Source: an uncultured bacterium
Lineage (GTDB): Bacteria > Armatimonadota > Hebobacteria > Hebobacterales > Hebobacteraceae
Length of the DNA stretch: 29,807 nt
Assembly: GCA_964620055.1 (NCBI GenBank)
Contig: CAZUGW010000004.1
Location: forward strand, 1-29,807
Direction: 5' to 3'
Every line of letters starts with the position of its first letter. Position 1 is the stretch's first letter. The position numbers and the translations under genes were made by a program. This document shows, piece after piece, positions 26,821-29,807 of the stretch. Under the pieces are notes generated by a model. That model was not told where the DNA came from and ran no database searches. It saw only the letters and a list, made by a program, of their open reading frames with translations.

Positions 26821-28035
26821 ATGGCAGTTTTCAGCTATCTCGCGCGCGATATTGACGGCGGGCTCGTCACCGGCACCACCGCCGGCCTGGACGAAGTGAT
26901 CGTCCGTCGGGAGTTGCGGGACAATGGCCTTTACGTGGTTTCGCTCACCGAGCGGGTGGAGCGGGAGGCGCTGCGGGACCGACTCGCCCGGCTGCGCGGG
27001 GTGAAGCTCGGCGATCTGGTCGTGTTCAGCCAGCAACTCGCCGCTATGGTGTCGGCGGGCATTCCCATCCTCGAGTGCCTGCACGAGTTGATCGAGGAAA
27101 CCGACAACCCGGCCCTCCGTCGCGCTGTGATGAAGGTGACGCAGGACATTCAGGCCGGCTCTACCTTCAGCCAGGCCCTGGCCCGGCATCGGAGGGTTTT
27201 CCCCGAGTTGTTCGTGGCGCTGGTGCACGCCGGCGAGATCGGCGGAGTGCTCGAGGCCAGCCTGCACAACATCGCCGACAACCTCGACAAGGAAATGGAG
27301 TTGCGCGAAAAGGTCAAGTCGGCCTTCGTCTATCCCCTCGCGGTGCTGCTGGTGGCCGCCGGGGTGGTCACCTTCATGCTGCTCTGCGTGATCCCGGTCT
27401 TCCAGCGGGTGTACACGCAGTTCCACGCGGAGTTGCCCGCCCCCACTCAAGCCCTCATCGCGGTGAGCATGTTCGTCTCGCACTTCTGGTGGATCGCGCT
27501 GCTCGGGCTGACCGGCCTGGGGCTCGGGTTTCGCGCCTTCATCGCCACCGAGAAGGGCAAGATGCTCTGGGACCGCGCCAAGCTCCGCCTGCCCCTGTTG
27601 GGCCGGCTCATCCGCAAGATCGTCGTCACGCGCTTCGTTCGCACCCTGGGCGCACTGGTCGGCGCGGGCGTGCCGCTGCTGGCTGCGCTCGAGACTTCGG
27701 CCCGGGTGGCGAACAACGCCGAGTTCACCGTCGCCGTCAAGAAGATCTCGGAGGAGGTGTCCCGCGGCGCGTCGCTTTCCGCACCGCTGCGGGCCAGCCA
27801 CCGCTTCCCGAATCTGGTCCCTCGCCTCGTCCAGTCCGGCGAGGAGTCCGGGGATCTGGAGGGGATGCTGAATAAGATCGCGCACTTTTTCGACCGCGAC
27901 ATCGAGCACTCGGTCCGGCGTCTCACGGCGCTCATGGAACCGGTGCTCACCATCGTCCTGGGAGGGATCGTCGGCGCCATAGTGATTTCGTTGTACATGC
28001 CAATCTTCACCCTGGCCGCCGTGATTCATCGGTGA
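26821..28035 (+). CDS. pilC: Type IV pilus / T2SS inner membrane platform protein (PilC/GspF family)
   Basis: MAVFSYLARD..G, FSQQLAAMVSAGIPIL, ALVHAGEIGGVLE, VKSAFVYP, QSGEESGDLEGML, ALMEPVL...ISLYMPIF. Confidence 0.95.
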   Translation: MAVFSYLARDIDGGLVTGTTAGLDEVIVRRELRDNGLYVVSLTERVEREALRDRLARLRGVKLGDLVVFSQQLAAMVSAGIPILECLHELIEETDNPALRRAVMKVTQDIQAGSTFSQALARHRRVFPELFVALVHAGEIGGVLEASLHNIADNLDKEMELREKVKSAFVYPLAVLLVAAGVVTFMLLCVIPVFQRVYTQFHAELPAPTQALIAVSMFVSHFWWIALLGLTGLGLGFRAFIATEKGKMLWDRAKLRLPLLGRLIRKIVVTRFVRTLGALVGAGVPLLAALETSARVANNAEFTVAVKKISEEVSRGASLSAPLRASHRFPNLVPRLVQSGEESGDLEGMLNKIAHFFDRDIEHSVRRLTALMEPVLTIVLGGIVGAIVISLYMPIFTLAAVIHR

Positions 28036-28151
28036 AGAGCCGCGGGGACCTGACCGGAAAGGGGGTGGAACGAGCCGGAAGGTGGGTCGGGGGATCGTGG
28101 GCGTGGCGGCAAGAGATGCGAAGTCAAATACCCTTGTGGAGGAAAGGCGAG

Positions 28152-28574
28152 ATGAAGCTGTTCCGAGGACGCTCCGGTTTCACGCTGATCGAGTTGCTGG
28201 TAGTGATCCTCATCCTGGCCGTGTTGATGGCGATTGCGCTTCCGCTCTACCTACGGGCGGTCCGCGATTCCGAGCGGCAGACCTGCCGCAGCAACATGCA
28301 GACCGTCGCCAACGCGGAGCAGGCCCACCGGGTCCGCAGCGCCGGGCACACCTATGTCCCGGTCACCGGCTCTACTTCCGACCTCTCACTCCTGATCGGC
28401 CCCACCGAGGACCTGCAGGCCTTGCCGCAGTGTCCCTCGGACACCGACCTGGCCACCCTCGACGACTACACGGTGGAGGTGCTGGAGACCGGCGGACTGG
28501 TCACGGGCATCACGATCACCTGCAATCGCGATGCCACCCACGGGAGTTTCACGCCCGGCGTGGACTCCCAGTAA
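28152..28574 (+). CDS. Type IV pilin / pseudopilin, 140 aa
   Basis: Class III signal RGRSG|FTLIELLVVILILAVLMAIALP (G-1, F1, E5); C-terminal Cys pair. Confidence 0.9.
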   Translation: MKLFRGRSGFTLIELLVVILILAVLMAIALPLYLRAVRDSERQTCRSNMQTVANAEQAHRVRSAGHTYVPVTGSTSDLSLLIGPTEDLQALPQCPSDTDLATLDDYTVEVLETGGLVTGITITCNRDATHGSFTPGVDSQ

Positions 28575-28668
28575 ACGCGATACTGTTCGGCCGCCGGGGG
28601 AGGGGCCGCGCGCTTCTCCCCCGGTCGGACCTGTGCGCGTAGTGCGACGCGCCGCAAGGAGGCACGCG

Positions 28669-29807
28669 ATGAGTAATCCATACCGCTGCTCTCGGGGGAT
28701 GGCCCTGGTCCTGGCGCTCGTGGTGACCGCGATTATCAGCGCCCTGCTGAGCGGGATTCTCCTGCTCAGCGCGTCCCATCTCGCGCTCAGCCAGACCAAC
28801 AGCTCCTATGCCAACGCCCTGAACCTGGCCGAGGCCGGAATCAATTGGGAGCTGTGGAAAATCAGCTATGACCACGGTGCCGCCGACCAGTCGCCGCGCA
28901 CGGTGGAAGTCCCGCCTGGGTCGGGCCGGTTCTTCACAGTGCACGTGGAGGCGTACCCCGACGGCGGGACCTGGGTCCCGCCCTCCGACCTGCGGGTCAT
29001 CGGTGTCGGCGCCGTGGACGGGGTGAGCCGGACAGTGCGGCTGGTGACCAATGGCGCCCCGGACTACCTCGGCCAATACTCGCTGTTCGGGATCAACGAA
29101 CTGAACGTGGGCGGCAACGCCGCCATTCTCGGCGCGGCCGGCAGCAACGGCCTGGTGGATGTCCACGGTGGCCCGAGCTTCGACGGCAATTTCTGGTACT
29201 GCGGCTCAGCCACGGGCGATGACGTGACCGACCTCGTCGCGGGCGAGGTCTACCACGCTCCCCTGCCGGAGTATTGGCCGACGGTGAACGACTATGCCAG
29301 CCGCCGCGCGGAGGAGAAGTACGGCGCCGTCCCGCCGCAGACCTTAGACTACTTCAAGCGCCACAACGACAACGACAAGATCGTGGACAGCCTGGGGGCG
29401 AAGGTGCAGATCAAGGGCTTCGCCCTCGACAACCACACCTTCAAGGACGATGGCATGATCGTTCTTCCCCCTGGCGATTACTATTTTGAGGAGGTGTCCC
29501 TCCCCTCCAACAATACCATTAAGGTGGACTCCCTGGCCGGAGTGGTGAATATCTGGATCGGCCCCTCCGGCGGAACGGGTAGCGCCGACACTATCAACGG
29601 CAGCATGCTCTTTACCTCCCAGGACGCCGACCGTTTCCATATCTTCGACGGCTCCGCGCGCGTGCTCAAGATGAACGGCGGCACAGACTTCTACGGTCAG
29701 ATCTTCGCCTACAACGGCCCCGACAGGCAGGGGGAGTACTACGGTTCGATCGAGGTCCTCGGGACTGGCGACATCTATGGATCGGTGATCGGATGGGACG
29801 TCTCGCG
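28669..29807 (+). CDS. PilX/GspK-like large minor pilin, truncated by the window end (absent from the ORF track)
   Basis: AAGGAGG then ATG 28669; SRG|MALVLALVV lacks Glu5; NALNLAEAGINW motif; I read the frame open to 29807 through Gly/Asn-rich beta-repeat-like sequence. Confidence 0.85.
   Translation, partial: MSNPYRCSRGMALVLALVVTAIISALLSGILLLSASHLALSQTNSSYANALNLAEAGINWELWKISYDHGAADQSPRTVEVPPGSGRFFTVHVEAYPDGGTWVPPSDLRVIGVGAVDGVSRTVRLVTNGAPDYLGQYSLFGINELNVGGNAAILGAAGSNGLVDVHGGPSFDGNFWYCGSATGDDVTDLVAGEVYHAPLPEYWPTVNDYASRRAEEKYGAVPPQTLDYFKRHNDNDKIVDSLGAKVQIKGFALDNHTFKDDGMIVLPPGDYYFEEVSLPSNNTIKVDSLAGVVNIWIGPSGGTGSADTINGSMLFTSQDADRFHIFDGSARVLKMNGGTDFYGQIFAYNGPDRQGEYYGSIEVLGTGDIYGSVIGWDVS

Overview
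High-GC bacterial chromosomal window. The outer-membrane TonB system (diderm) sits alongside Terrabacteria-type gene order (cysE-cysS-sigH, hisS-aspS, nfeD-flotillin) and H-X9-DG/DUF1559-like proteins, which fits Armatimonadota best; this is an inference. Left to right: (1) a repeat-dense non-coding stretch (1-930); (2) a lower-GC three-gene accessory cassette (PD-(D/E)XK-like nuclease converging on an FRG-domain gene plus a 402-aa unknown), then a decayed HTH gene fragment, inserted downstream of sigH; (3) sigH, cysS, cysE and two small genes; (4) an exbB-exbD-tonB-TonB-dependent receptor operon; (5) a methyltransferase plus nucleotidyltransferase-like pair bracketed by a duplicated 33-bp hairpin and REP-like palindromes; (6) hisS (one-base frameshift near its 3' end)-aspS-rnc-exported H-X9-DG protein; (7) a candidate rod-shaped ~220-nt ncRNA (6S-like) divergent from hisS; (8) a redoxin / H-X9-DG protein / Cys-rich secreted peptide operon; (9) nfeD-flotillin; (10) the start of a type IV pilus/T2SS-like cluster (pilB, pilC, pilin, PilX-like), truncated at the window end. 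The best candidates for undescribed systems are the FRG cassette and the redoxin-peptide operon. All calls come from motif reading only; no searches were run.
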